Shown here one piece after another: positions 27,292 to 42,236 of a stretch of DNA of 64,000 nt. Under the pieces are notes generated by a model. It did not search any database and was not told the DNA's origin. It worked only from the letters and a program-made list of their open reading frames with translations. This DNA is from Laetmonice hystrix (lineage: Eukaryota), in NCBI GenBank assembly GCA_965235115.1, contig OZ249444.1, positions 20,956,001 to 21,020,000 of the forward strand, read 5' to 3'. Every line of letters begins with the position of its first letter. The stretch's first letter is position 1. The translations under genes were made by a program, and so were the position numbers.

Positions 27292-29317
27292 AAAAGCACA
27301 ACGTCAAGTAATTAAAAGAAAATACGTCAAATCATGATTGATCCTGAATATTCATGTATTACGTAGTCTCTATATATTTAATCTGCCTCCGTTTCAGTGC
27401 CCCTTCAGACACTTCAAAAAACTGTGAAGGAAAAAAGCAATCCTTCAGAACCACTTAAGTAATAAGGTCCACATAATGTTATATTGGACTTTATCATGAC
27501 GACCGGTAAAAATAATTAGTCCAATTCGCCACGAAAGGTCAGGTCCCAGACACGGCACCACAGGCCGGGTACCTGGCCAGGCCCTTCGAGATATCATCAT
27601 AACAGATTGGATATGGGACCTGCATGAGCTTACCGTCTTTATAGCCTAATCTATGTCGACATGAAACGAACACGCTCTATATCTCAGGCTTCCAATGCTA
27701 TTCTATCGCACCAAGCCTTGGATGTAGATTCTACCGCGCCGTAAAATATTGACATGGTCATCATCTACCGGTTCACATACATTCACCATGAAAATCAATC
27801 AGTTCAAATGGAATTCCTTTCCATGAAAGGGTCAGTTAGGCAGAACGGTACCGCCTCCGATACAGTATCAGACATCGTTTAAAACTAAAAGGGCATAGCG
27901 CTGTTCATTATGCCGCCAAACGCGGTACAGTCGCGATCGATTCATATTTGAATGCATGTACCCAGACAAATTGAAATTGATCTGCGCAAAAACGATGCCA
28001 ATTGTGTGGTTGTTCGACGTATTGGCTAAAGGGTCTGGCCATGTTGGTGGCATTTGGCAACCATGGCTGCAGATCTCCACGTTTGACAACAGGAGAGTCT
28101 GAGGCTTTTTACACCGTTCAGTATTCAAGTCTTTTTATATGCGGAAGCCGAACCGCAAGGCTGTGGGGCGGAATCATTTTGCCAATATGGAGCCGATGCC
28201 GGCTTGACATGTCCGATTCATGCTGGTGGCCACATAGGGTCAGATTGGCTGAGGTGCTCAGCATGATGCATTGTGAGATGGGCAAGGTGACACTGCCCTG
28301 CCATGCCGGGAACAGCTGGGTCACGTAACACACGGATTGCGACTTCACAGAACACACTCCTCTCTGCGTTCTGATACATCCGTGCAACCCACTCGGCATG
28401 ATCGACGGAACGTCATAAACGGTCAGAAAACACAAAAGGGGATTCACATTGCTTAAAAAAACATCTGGTTTCATTTGAAAAGGGATTTGACCAAAGAAAC
28501 CCGAAAGTATGTTTTTTTCTACATCGAAATGCCGTTACTGTTTTTGCGAATACCGTGCCTTAAAAGATACGAAATTGACAATGATATACCTCTGGTAAGA
28601 AGATACCATGTCCCCTAGTGTCCTCCCCTCCATCTTCTCTGCAGGACGTCTTGCCAGCAGGTTGCTGACGCTGCACGCATCTCGACCTCGCCGGAAGCCT
28701 TCCTCATTTAACACTTCCGGTCAGCTGCTACCCAACCCCTGTACCCCCTCCCATCTTTGTTATTTTACACGTTGTTCACAAACGACTTTTTCACATGGGA
28801 ACTGTTCATTTAGGATATCCTCCTTTGTTTCCTATCTCCGTTTCTCGCGTCAGTCGTGAAAAGACCGCGGTTCTGTGTTTAAAGTACGGTTCATTATGCT
28901 CTCTTAAATTTCCACCCGAAAGTTGTTTGTCACAATGAGGTGCCAAAGTGATTAAAAATTCCGTAGGAAAAACGAACACTGTGTCACACTCACTGTTACA
29001 GGAAGGAGAGACGGGACTGACGACAACGACAAGCTCGTTTGAAGGCCAATTCTTCAATCTAATATGAGGGAGCGGCAGCTGGTCGGCTGAAGGGCCGTCT
29101 CTCTCTCACAGACCTCGCGTAAAGAGGTGCTGGATACTTTGGACTGACAAAATAGTGTGAAGAAGATGTAATTGGAGGACATAAGCTTGTCGTTCTGCGT
29201 TGTTGTTTTTGTAAATCACTCTTTCCCCCCTAAACGTGGGAATAACTAGGAGGGAGCGTAAAATGACGAAATATTAACGTGAAATTCCAGTATTTCTTGT
29301 GTATCGTCAATACGTAC

Positions 29318-29682
29318 GAAACTGCAATATCTAGACACGGAAATCGTCATCAAATAGGAAACTTCGATATCTAGAACGAAAATCTTCATCAAATAGGAAA
29401 TTGTAATATCAGCCTAAAATCAGGGCACGGAAATCGTCATCAAATAGGAAACTGCAATATCTAGACACGGAAATCGTCATCAAATAGGAAACTGCAATAT
29501 CTAGACACGGAAATCGTCATCAAATAGGAAACTGCAATATCTAGACACGGAAATCGTCATCAAATAGGAAACTGTAATATCTGGACATGGAAATCGTCAT
29601 GAAATAGGAAACTGTAATATATGGACACGGGAATCTGCATCAAATAGGAAACTTCAATATCTGGACATGGAAATCGTCATCA
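29318..29682. repeat. Minisatellite, 40-bp unit (gaaactgcaatatctagacacggaaatcgtcatcaaatag), ~9 copies, one with an insertion
   Basis: Direct reading. Confidence 0.95.
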
Positions 29683-30247
29683 CATATAGTAAACCTAAGT
29701 AGTATGTATCAAGTGTAGGCTACATAGTGATGTGGCCTGGCCGGGGGCATGAAACAAGAGAATCACGCCCCCCCCCCCCCCCCAAAGCCTTGGACAACCC
29801 TAGCCGTGTCAGAGATAAAAGCACTCGCGTGGTCTTTCAGAAAGCACGCCAGGTTTCGACTGCTCCTGGAATTTCCATAGTTTGCCAAGTAATGGATTGG
29901 GCTAGACTGCTCGCGTGGAACCATAAATAAAAAATCTTCAAGTCGGAATAGGGTGTTTTTTACAACTTTCTCCAACTTGTTTACAGTTTTCCCCATGTTT
30001 CTATGGAATCCTTATCACTTTATCTAGTTCTTGGAGACTGCAAATCTTGCTGCTGGTCCAGCTGGTTTGTTGCCATAATGAATAATAATTATGAAAATGA
30101 AAACCACGTGAATGGTATAGGTGAATGAACGGCCACTTTTAGTAAAAACATGGAAGCGCCGTCTTCAATGAGACTTCCTTTTTGACTACCTGGTTAAGAC
30201 GCGAGTCTGTGAATTTGAAAACCGAGATTGATTGAGGTAGCGGCATG

Positions 30248-30330
30248 GGTTCTATACGAGGTACTGAAGGAAATACCCCGTTCACTTATCGGTTCTGTAC
30301 GAGGTACTGGAGGAAATACCCCGTTCACTT
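30248..30330. repeat. Two-copy 43-bp direct repeat (ggttct[a/g]tacgaggtactg[a/g]aggaaataccccgttcactt)
   Basis: Direct reading at 30248 and 30291. Confidence 0.9.
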
Positions 30331-31027
30331 TAAAGAAAACCAGCGTTTTTATTCAGACGGCCTTTTAAATGTCGCGGATGAAAGAGTTAAAGATTCCTTT
30401 GAGCAATCGACCTGTCTGTTTTTTAATGTCCACGACTCATTAGCAATTAATAATAAACGTTGCCTGGGTTTATCGTTAGGGATGACAACGAGCCGTTGGG
30501 GAGGGCGCCATAATGAGCTACATCATTGGACCTTCACAAAAGAGTAGCATATCATTCTGTGAGAATATAAAAAGAAAACCACCCACAAGTTATATAACAG
30601 GGGCCAATAAAAAGTCCAGTATATGGTTAGCCCCCCCCCCCTCCCCTGAAAGAGGGGGCGGGGTGAAAGTGACATACCATTGGCTGTCATGTAACAAATA
30701 TCCGGGGTGTTGAACGATAAAATCCAGAATTCTGGAACAGGAACAGGTGACAGGACCGTGTACTGTGCTGTCCTCGCACTGTGCTCGAGGGGCTATGGTC
30801 TATGGTCACAGTTGAGGGCGATTCAATCCCCCCCTCCCCTCCCACTGGATCCGTCACTGATATGGCCTGTATTCAACAATGACCAACTTGACCAACTTGA
30901 CAAAAGAATTATATAACAATTATTAAAGAATGGCCTAATGACAAGGGGCCTACTTACCACGATACACAAACCAATGAGGGTTCGCCGTGATTCCTTCCTA
31001 GCAATGTTCATTGGGTGTAGTCTTTCC

Positions 31028-31043
31028 CAGCGCCCCCTGGCGG
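31028..31043 (-). promoter_or_regulatory. CTCF-type motif (ccgccagggggcgctg)
   Basis: Match to the CTCF core consensus. Confidence 0.5.
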
Positions 31044-34000
31044 CTCCCACACACACTATCCGCCACGATTATAGATACAGGAGTTGACAACGACGAGCAG
31101 TCTGCCGATGATAAGCACAACAATAGAAGTCTACACGTGCAGCCTAAATGGATTACCTCCAAAGAATGCTTTAATCCCCAGAGAGGGGAGATGCCGAACA
31201 ATTGATAAGCTGTTTGGGACATTAATTTAAAGCTTTATGACCTTTGATTGTCTGATTACAAATTATAGCTTTTAGTTCCAACCAAACGCCCCTCTCCACC
31301 GCTCGCACTCAATCCGAGCGCCTCTACCCGTCCAATCATTAGAATGTCCTTAACGTAGGGTTAATTTCTATATACTGTCTGCCCCCAACGTTTTAAAACG
31401 TTTGAACACACCAGCCAGTCGGTGGGTGTACAGGCTGTTAATTCACGGATCGATGTATAGGAGCTTGTCTCGCCTCCAGAGCCCGGAGGGCGGTGGGGTG
31501 TAGGGACAGCACCCTGACACAGGGTTACTATGGGGGGGGGGGGGGGGGGTTACCACGTCTGCTATAGTCCTGCATCCCGTGGTGCGAGCTATAGTTGAAT
31601 GCAAACATAGATCGTATGATCTATATGATCTAGCCTTTTACCATGGATGAATTTACTGAATAGCTAAATTGACATCCGATAACACAACTTTTCATCATAC
31701 TCTAAAGATAATGAAAAAAAACTATTTGAGTGATGGTAATGGCTAAGTTTGATCAAATATGTATTAGGAAATAATATGAACGGTGTTCTTTGGAATAACT
31801 GTTTGATTTTTGTCTGCGTTTTGTGTTTTTGGTTGTATTGTGTGTTTTCCCCTTTTGATAGTATATTTCATTTAATAGTATTAAGCGGTATTAAGGCATT
31901 AGAGTGACAAAAATGTTTCTTGCCTATCCGCATTGGCTTCCATCCAAAAGATGATATTTGACACAACTACAGTTGAATGTAGGTTCTGACCTTGGATAGG
32001 AACCGTGCTCTGACTACCGTCCCGCCTGAAGGCCTACATGTTCTAGCTGACACTCTGGAAATGATGAATCAAAAAGTTAAACTATTTCCTTGCTTATTTT
32101 AACACCTCTCTACTGATGACGTTACAATGCTGACAGAGAAACATACTGATAGCATTGAAGATCCATGAGTATAGGAGCATATTGTCCTTGTGAGACAGAA
32201 ATTATTGTCTGCTTCTCTGATCATCGTGAACACTTTCAGCCACACGACCATGGTTTCTTGGTGCCGGTAAATGTTTCATGACGTAAATGTAATTAGGGAC
32301 TCCTAATGAGATCGTTTAATAAAGATGCCGTCCATAATTTATGTCCTGTCTCTCGATACCAACAAATGCTTGTCGTGCATATATTAGTATGGAGTTTTGA
32401 ACTGGGCTTACTGTAATACGGTTGGGTATATCGATACGTGTTCACCGTGTGAACAGTATTCGTCCGAGGATATCTTTAGTGAATATAATGATTAGAATAT
32501 TGAACTGATTGATGCCTGTATGCGAATATAAATAATATAAACTTACTGCGTTCCTTCAGTTTTCACGATTTGATCAATCCAGTAAATGATCATGTATAAT
32601 AATGAAAGACCTTGACATTGCTCTGTTACCGCGTCCTAACCTTTGCTCCGAGGAGATCTCCCTCATTACAGATTTCCAAGAATTTCTCTATCCATGGTCC
32701 TGCCCTTAGGAGGCAGACAGGTATAGTAAGCGTTTACGTATCCCAACTAAGTACCCGTATTTAAAAGGCTGCTTCATACATATACTTACAGGGGTACGAG
32801 ATTAACGGACCCCAATTGTTTGTCGTATTTCCGGCAATCCGTTTAGTGACAAAAGTGGAAGCCATTTTCAGAATCAGAACCCACTAATTCAGAGTGGGGT
32901 TCGCACGCTAAACAGACAATCGCCGAGAAATCCTAGGAAATCACCCCAGTGGGCCAATACCTATACCCACCCCCACCCTTACCCCATACCCCTGCTTTGT
33001 GAGAATTCCCACTTAACTTGCTTGTCACGTTCAGGTACCACTTACAACGACATCCTGGGTCTTGCCAAGCACAGACCAGCCTCGAGGGATGGCAAGGATC
33101 ACATTATAGGCCGGTCCTGAGAGGTGCCTGCTTGTTGTGATCGGAGAGGATGCGATGGCATGGCCACTAATGTACGCCCATCGCTACCGGGATGGGATTA
33201 TATGAAGGGCAGTCAGCCTCGCAAGCAGAGGTCAACTGCCATTAATCGGGCATTTAGATCAATTGTGATGCGTGGAGAAAGGGAGTGGCACTTGTGATGA
33301 CAGCCAGTATGGCTTGTTTTTGCTGCTGATGGCACTGTGGGTACAGTAATCTCTTGTCATTACATGTTCCGATCGAAAGGGTTTGGGTTGAAAACTAGAG
33401 AAAAACTTTGCTACGCTTGAGGCAGTGTTTAGGAAAACCTGCTAGGGGAGGGCCATCCAAACACAGGTTCAAAGCGAAATGCTTCTGGTTCAAACCTGAT
33501 ATGGCTACTTAAGGAGGATATAGCCTCCTCTGTGCCCATAATATATGTAAGCGCAGTCACAACATAAAATTACGTATAGCTCATGTAATTTCAAAAGTGA
33601 GTTTACGTCCGCCATTTATTGGAAGTATGCGCTTTACTTATTTACACGCAGTAATTACAGCTTGACCAACAGAAACTAAATTATGGACCTGACCTAATTC
33701 TTCTTGGACGCCAAGTAACCAAGAGTATTAGGCCTACATTATTCATCCACCCACGATCCATCCGATTGGTTAGAACCACTAAGTGGCTTCAGCATGAGCC
33801 AATCGAAACGTTTCATTTTATACGAGCCATGTTTGAGCGTGCAAGCATCCGAAGTCCATATTAAGGGTGTGCTCCCATGCAATCTTCAAGCCCAGAATAT
33901 TGTAATTACCTTGTGAATGTTGCGTGACCGCAACCAAAGATACTTTCTAAGACCTCTGCCTGACCCATTACGACTGAGTCTCATCTTCCTGGACTCCATG

Positions 34001-35961
34001 CGTAAAGCCGAACTGTCAGCATGGATGTTCCTCACCAACCCTGAAACAATTCCTATAAACCTCACGGCCTAATTACTTGCAAGTCTAGCAGTATTTAATA
34101 GGTTATGTAAAGATGTTTGTGTTGCCCCGTACTACTCCGGTGGAGCACTTCAAGGCCTTGGTCACTATTTATATCAAAATTCCACAAAGATAATCTCTAA
34201 AACATTGAAAAGAGCGCTTTAAAACTGGACCTGTCAGTATTGAAATGTTTTTATCAGAATGCAGTGAATATGTATTCAGATTAATATGTCAAGTTAATAT
34301 GTCAAGCGGCTAAGACTGCACGTCAGACTATATATAATATTACGTGTGATTTCCTGTGGGGAAGAATTAAATTCTCCTTTTTTTATCTATGTAAAGATAT
34401 TTATTTATTTACTTTTTATACATTACCCATTAAAATTCTCCTAGCTGACAGTAATAGAGACTTACAAGCATACTACCGAAACACAATCAACGGACAGTTA
34501 CAGCCAGGTTTCTGATAGCCGCCCTTTTTTAAAATAATTATTGGCTGCTTCCTTATCTGACCCACTTCCTTGGTAAAAAACACGTCCTGAGAATATTGAG
34601 TCATTTCAAATGCATAATATATTATTCAACCTGGGGCCAAATTGTTGGATACTCCATGGAGGTGTTTGTCCCAACCCGATGACGCCTCACCCAGTGTAGG
34701 GCCTATTTCCTGAGGGACGTAATCACATACTGTCTCCATAAAAAAAGGACCCATGATGACCTTAGCAAATGAAGAGCTGTCTTTGGGGAACGGCTGGGTA
34801 GCTCTAATGCACATCGCATGTAACGAGGGCAAAGTTAGCACCGTCTCGAGATTGCGACTATATAGTATATTGGATGGGCAAAGATATGATAAATCTTAGT
34901 GGTCCAACTTGTTACATTACCAACATAAACCATAATAACTTTGTACCGTACTTCAGTCTATTTTATAAGTCTCTAGTTACACATATGAAGTAGAAGGTGT
35001 ATACTCGAAGCGGGGATAATAACATAATTGTATATTCGTGGCAGTGTGGCAGAATGTGCAGTCCAGATCTGAAATTAACATTCTTCTATTTTCTTTTAGT
35101 GGTAATTATAATAACGATGCAGTTCGTTTTGAAGCTTAGAATTAGCTCGGTAAAATCATCTCAATTGGTATCTGGAGCTACTGGTTAGAACTCTTATCTC
35201 GCCCGGCCGGCTGCACTTGGAGCGAATAAAATATCCGCAACCAAACGGTTTTCAGCAAGAATTAGCTGCAGGAAAGAAGAATGCCGATTCCCCGGACAAC
35301 CTGATAGGCCGGACTATGCCATACAAGGGGCGCTATCTAGTCCAGGCGGAGATCTAACGGCATTCTCGCGTGATCTCCTGTGTAAATATTCGACGTTCAC
35401 GGACAGGAGAAAGGTCTTGTTGGTTTCCGGTTGGAGAATGTGATGTTCGGGTGACTTCCTATCTCACAGTGTTGATGGGAGTACGTCTGTGTGCACGCTA
35501 GTTTTTACCGTATACTTCATCTGATGCAGTGAGAATAACCCGGATATATTTCAATCTCACTCTTCTACTTTCGATTATCGAGTAGCTATGGGTGCGTGTC
35601 TCCTTTCTGTCTCTTTGATTTCTTGTTTGTTGGACTGGTTGCCTGGTTAGAACCTAGAGTTTTATATATTTCTTTGCCATTTTTGAGATTTTATTTTGGA
35701 ATGCCGTCTTCACGATTTTATGTCTCTTTAATAAAGACAAAAACCGAACCTCAACAGGGATGTAGGCAGAACTAAGTTAGGGGGCAGTTCCAACCACTGT
35801 CTTCTTCTTCGCGCCGTAGGAAGCAAAGACCTTCCAGTGTATAATACTTGCGGATCTTTGCTGGCAGCTATAGGCTTGACTGCCCCATACCCCACCCCAA
35901 GCGCTCGCTTCTAGATTTGACTTAATCATAAACTTATCATTTATTTAACCATATCTTTCAG

Positions 35962-36104
35962 ACTATGGTTGGGATCGAGGTTTGGAAATGTCAAGCGACA
36001 AAATCAGACTTTATGCTTCATGGATTACGTACCGGAACAAAAGGACGACTTTGGCAGCCTCGTCAGCAGGGCCAACAACAAGCTAGACCAGAATGCAATT
36101 GGCG
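35962..36104 (+). CDS. Gene 1 exon: (R)LWLGSRFGNVKRQNQTLCFMDYVPEQKDDFGSLVSRANNKLDQNAIG(G)
   Basis: Acceptor atatctttcag| and donor G|gtaagt. The 143-nt exon is phase 2/1 and joins the previous exon to give GLR-LW. Confidence 0.88.
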
Positions 36105-39100
36105 GTAAGTTCTCAGTTCAAACAGTTTGTTGATGAAAGAAAATGCTCGATTAACTGATAAAATATTAACTTACCTCATCGGGTGTGCCCAAAAAACTGG
36201 AACACTCTTTTCTTGACTATTTAACTTCTACGATTTTTATCTCAATGCAATCATGTTTGGCACATGATATCATGTGGTTAATTGGGGTACGTGATATTTC
36301 AGATAAATAGGTCAAAACGTCTAAAAGAGTGGCATTTTAAAAACAGCATGTCAAAAACTACAATGCCGGACGAGGGTAGTTAACGGGGTGCTGCACATGT
36401 TAGGGTTGCGGCTACTGTGTCTGAATGACGTGACATATGTGAATCAAATGCTACCTTCCTAAAACAGGTGGTCTGACCGACCACCTGTTTTGGACCACCC
36501 GATATATCTCTTGAGGTGACAGGACTTTTCCCTCTAGGACTTTTGCCCTCAGGACTATCGCCCTCTCCCCCTAAAGGTTAATCATATCAAAATATAGTGT
36601 CCTCCAAATCACCGTAATATTAATTGTAGCTTTATGCATTTTTTAAGCCCCTCTCCCATCGGGGCAGGTACTGTTTGTATTAAGGCGCTGGTAAGAATTG
36701 GATTAATCTGATTTTGGTAGAACCTGTCTCCGTTTTGTCGGTCGATGACTTCATTGATTTGGTTGTTTACTGGGGCGTCAGTGGCCTGTCAGGGTGTTGG
36801 TTGCTTCTCTAACTTTCTATAGGGTTCTTGTGGTTTGGGAAGGGTTGAGAGCGTAGGTGTGAGAACAATGCAACCACAAAGCTGCCTAGATCCCCCGCAG
36901 ACCTATACAAGGTTTGTTTAAAGGTTAAGAATCCCTGTCAAACATTATTAGAGTTTCGCTCATCGCAGCGTTTTTGAGGGTTTTTTTTCATAACAGGGAA
37001 ATGTCGATAGTGGTTTTGTGGTATCGATGGCATGCTTAATAATGGAGTCGAGGACGACAAATGTAGACAGCAATGTATGAGATGGACGTCAAAACGTTCT
37101 GCCAAGGTCTAAAGAAAACGACTTCTAACAAAACGTCTATCAATTTGTCCTTCTTTGATCTTTGATCGACTGCAATAGCCATGCGCCGTAGGATTTAATA
37201 TAGCGGCGAGGTGTCAGAACTACTTTTCCTACCCGCCAATTCGTACGGGAGATTATTGCACGCTATATTTTATTGAGACAAAATGGACATTCTGTCACCC
37301 TTCATGTCAAGATGTGAAGAATAGTTGTGTCCCGTCTTTGTGTAGGCTTATATGGCGCACACACCCGGCACCAAATGATTAGTCACTTTAAAATGAACCT
37401 AACTCGAGTGCAACACCGTTAAATATTTCGTAGCGACAACCGCCTTTTCACGGAAACTGTCAGCTTACAATTGGTTTGTGGCAAGGCTTGATGTCAGCTA
37501 GATACCCGTGGATATTGGAGAAATGTTAAGAAATACAGAACGGTATGGTATTAAACAGCAATATATCTCCACCGAAACATCACCAGATTATACAGCGTAC
37601 ACGACCAGTGACATCGTCTTAGTAGTTATACTGCTGGGCCATCATTTGAGGAGGAACCCAAGGTCACGCTACTTTCATGTCGCTCCCTTGGCCGGGAAAC
37701 ATTTTTAGTTTTGATTGGGAATAATGGTGAAAAACTTTCTCGTTGTAAAGTCAATTAAATGGACGTAATGCAGACATTCCCGGCGGGTGTGGCAGCTCAA
37801 AGAACTAGTATTCTCCGGTTTTATGTAAAACCAGATTGTGCAACAGCCATAATGGGGATATGTGCGCAAATTCTGGTTGCAGATTACAAGGCAGCTTTAG
37901 GTATCAAATGATATAACCAAATTAAGTTTGTAACATTTTCCAGGCCCCTATTACATATCACAGTCACTGTAGTACTTGTATTAAAGTACTATTGGTAATT
38001 TTTGTGAAGTGATAACCGGGCCTGGGATAGAGAACTGTCAACTTTTGGTTATTCTATATGAATGTTGTGATTGCGGCTAGTGTAAACATATCCTCGTCCA
38101 GGAAACAGGTTTACAGTAAACATTTCATTACGCTCGGAAAGAGAACAGTACATCTCAATTGTTTCTGCTAATGACTGCTTGGCGACACTGGGGTGTATAC
38201 ACATAAATACCCCAACCCTTCTCAATGACAGGCCCCCTCAGTATATCGATAGAATTAAGTGCCTCCTACTGTAGGGTCAAACGTTTCACCCAGACCACCA
38301 GTATGTACGGTTTGTTATTAACTTCGCTTCATTTACCGTCATCGGGCATACAAGGATAAGGGTACCCTCTGTTCACTAATTAACTGACAAAGGTCGATTG
38401 TTTTCAGCACACAAAGGGGACTTTGGGTTTAATGAGCAATAAAAATATTACCTTCAGGGACGCGCAGAGCGTTGTCAGTTGGTCCAAGTGAGCGTTCAGT
38501 GCCTCTGAAATGTATATTGGTTTGGGTCAATGAACACTCTGAACCATGAAATCGAAGTCTTCTTCGTCTCCATAGGACAGTGGGCCTCGTGATAAGGCCA
38601 GACTTGTGACTTTAAGTTGAAAAATAAGTGAGTAAGTGAGTGAGTACATGCAAGAATTAATATCGAGAGTTGCTAGTTTGACACGTAAAATGTCCACAAA
38701 TGGGTGCCAAACTCCACCGTTACTTTCTATATCCTTTCATACCTCTACTAGTACCTAACTTTGATGTTTCCACGAGGGGTCAAATCTCGAGGTCAGGGTG
38801 GCTAGTTTAGCTCCAACCCTCGCGAGACCCCGTTATCGCCAGTTAAACCGCATGAAAAGAGTAAAAACATGCCGACGACAGGAAGAGTTTCATTTGACAT
38901 GGAAGGTTTCATTTGACATATTCTTGTCGAGTTACATCAAAGATATCTTTGATGTCTCCTATCAGCTACAACTGGATAAGAGAAATCGGAAGGCACTTTT
39001 GATATGCCTCGTCATACAGACGTTTAATCAATATAGCCTGCCGTGTTCTCTGTAGAGACTGCATGACCCTAATTATCGCTCCCAACACACAAACACTTCT

Positions 39101-39143
39101 CATGTCGCCGACAAAAACTTAATCCAAACGGCATAGGGCCTAA

Positions 39144-39361
39144 GGGGCGGACCATTTGATACGTGGGGAGATATGGTTTTGGAGTTTTTTTGTGGGGGGG
39201 GGGGGAGATCTGTTCACCAAATACATGGAAAAAATAGTTTGTTCCATATGTAAAAAAATCGAAATGGGGAAAAATAGTTTGATTAATGGTCATCGCCTGG
39301 GGACCAAAAAAGTTTGCTCATGCAGAAAAACCCTAGCCCCCCCCCCCCCCCCCCCCAACGT
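39144..39361. mobile_element. Truncated Harbinger-type MITE (left end taa|ggggcggaccatttgat, poly-G/poly-C subtermini, right terminus missing)
   Basis: The terminus style is recognised from other invertebrate MITEs. There is only a residual inverted match (acgtgggg / ccccaacgt). Confidence 0.35.
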
Positions 39362-42236
39362 GTTGTACTTTACAAGACGGCGCTGTTAGCGGAGATTCTG
39401 TCCCACGGTAGAATAAAATAAACACTTTTTTTGCCTGACACCTGCTCCATCTGGTTTAGGCCTGGGGTACGTCGATTGGCATGGATTTAGAACACGGCCG
39501 TGTAACCTAGTGTGCCGCTGTATCCTCTATCGTTTACATTGAGTAATCAATTTTCCTGACTGAATCATTACACTGGGGGTTGGTTGTGGGGAGGGGAGGG
39601 GTCCAGGCGGTCCCCACGTAATGGACATTGATTGCTGGGGGAGGGGAGGGGGTAGTTTGGGTGGGATCACTGCGGATCCTTGCTCCCAAACGACAAGTTG
39701 TCGCCAGTCGAGGCCCCGTGGCAGGTGGCAGAGAGTAGGGTTGTATATCAGTGACGTCATTGACAGTGGAGATCCGTTTTGTGGGATGTTACTATGGGAA
39801 AATAAACATTGACGCATCAACTCATGTCCAAGGCGCCCCCCCCCCCCACCCCACCCCGTCTTTCTACCCCCCTCTCCTTCCTATGCCCGGCCATATGTCC
39901 CAGGCGCCCCCACCTTCCCAGTCCCCACTGATGAGCCGCAGGCGAGCAAGGCCCAATCAAGGTATAACCCCAAGGTGGCCGTCCTCCTATCGGACGATAT
40001 TTGTTGCCATTGTTGCCGCTGGCCTTCGTACACCAAAATACACAGTCGGAGCCTGGGCAGCTCACTGGTCTCAGTCTACGTAGATGTGAACTCATGGTTT
40101 TACTATAGTGGGCTTCAAATTCATCCTTTAACCTTCAGAATTGCCCACACATTGCAAGTGTTCGTATAGTGGTGGGACGCAGACTTTAGGTCGTGTGTAT
40201 TCCCGTCATATATGTGCCATGATTGCCGTAAACACCTATAGGGACCCCGATTTTATTTGGACGGGTGTGCTCTTTCAAGTGTTTACCCTGCTACGTCAAC
40301 TCACATTTTGAATTTAACATACTTTTAATTGGTCATGTTATAGAAGTGACACACGCGATTACCCCACATCTCATGTTGACTGACGTTTATTCATTACCGC
40401 TACATTTGCCCGGTAAGCAGTTCTTAGCATGACGATGTAAGGTTCTACCCAACACTTTGCGTGCATGCTCCCTTGGATGTTACTAATGCTGCTCCACATA
40501 TCGTCGTACAGCCTATACCCATGCAGGAAACCCACATGTTTTTAGGAAATACGGATCTACCTACGAAATATGCTCAAGGGATGTATTATTATTTCCATGT
40601 TACGTTCAATGATGGTCTAACGGAATATAGTAAGAAGAGCAGAACACACAACTAAAAACGTTTGGTGGGGCACGTGGTTCAGCTAGTTATACGAGTTACA
40701 CGATATAATTACAGCAGACATAATACTTCATCCAACCTGTTCATAGTTTGAACGCTTTCAACCAGTCAGGAAGATCTGCAAAGTTTTTTGTAATTACAAT
40801 CATTATAATTATGTACAACTTAATTGGTGGGGTAATATCATCAGTGTATCATCACAATTATTCATAGCTTCTGTCCCTTTTCATCGTCAGTACCGATTAC
40901 TGTATGCTAATTAGAACGCAGCATCAATAGAAATAGAGTTCTGATGTTCGATCAGTTCTATTGCTTTGTTTTTATATTAGAACAATTTTCTCATATTGGG
41001 ATGTAACAGAAATAACACTACTTGCGACATCTTCATATTTCATATACTGCGAATACGGCCAGTTCAAGGTTAAATATCTAAATGCGCGGCCCCTTGGATA
41101 CAAACTTCGACCCTTTTATAACGTTTTAACGGCATTAGTTTTAGAGGACGGTAGATAAGAGATCAGCAGGGGACAAACAGCAGATGTACGCAGCTGTTCA
41201 TGGAAAGAGTTGGGTCCCACGATGGAGGATGATGTGCGAGTGACTTGGTTAGTTGTTCAGGCTATATAACACTGGAGAGGATCAAGTTTAGATCTAGCAT
41301 AGAACTAGGCAACGTCAGTCTAGTTCTGTGGATCCAGCGACGCTCTGTTTGAGCGTCTAGGGGCCAAGGATATTGTCCCTATACTGGACATTGGTTACCG
41401 AAACGACGTTAGCGTGTTGCAGTCTTTCGAGAGCGTTGGTAATTAAAAGTCGAAATGACGCCAGATGGCGTGACTGTCCTGATAGAAGACAGACGTAAAA
41501 TTGATATCGTTTGGTTGTGGTGCCGCTACGTACAAACAACCTAAACGGTATTTTAAGGCTGGGGAAACACAGTGAAGATATGTAGAGCCTCTTTAACGTG
41601 GATGTCATGCACACAACGATTGGAATAATCCATTAGCCAGCCTAAGCCTTATTGTGTGTGATTATTCTATTTAGATCTATGATTTCGCTATAGGCCTAAA
41701 GGTGGCTTTAGGCTAATTCAGAGTTGCCACTCCCACTTCGAAAAAAGTGGGAAATCAAAAATATAGAGAGTCTACTTTTCTGGAAATTCTGCCAAGTTAA
41801 CAACGGCCCTCTCCTCGCCCCATAAACCTATTGAGGATGGCTATAGGTCCTTCTGATATGTTTACCTTTAACACACCAATAACACCTACCGGCGGTCACC
41901 CGAACACTACACCACAAGTAGCGACTAACCTCTGAGCATAGATCTAACAGTTATCCGGCAGAGGCAGAGGGGTAGGGGGATCGTTGATGGAACCATGCAC
42001 CGTCTGTGTGGTAACCCTGCCATGCTCCGGCCGGTCATTAACGACCACAGCGCCACTTCACCATAGCGTTACACCGACTAGCGGTAAAACACTGTGCTGA
42101 ACGGATACATGACAGAATGGCCAGGCTGTTGGCGCCAAGGCGACCCACTAAACAAGTTAACTGGCGTTAAAATATTTCTCGAATCTGGTGGAAATAGCTA
42201 AATTCAGTATCCTTAAAGTTTGTCGCTGATTGCAGC

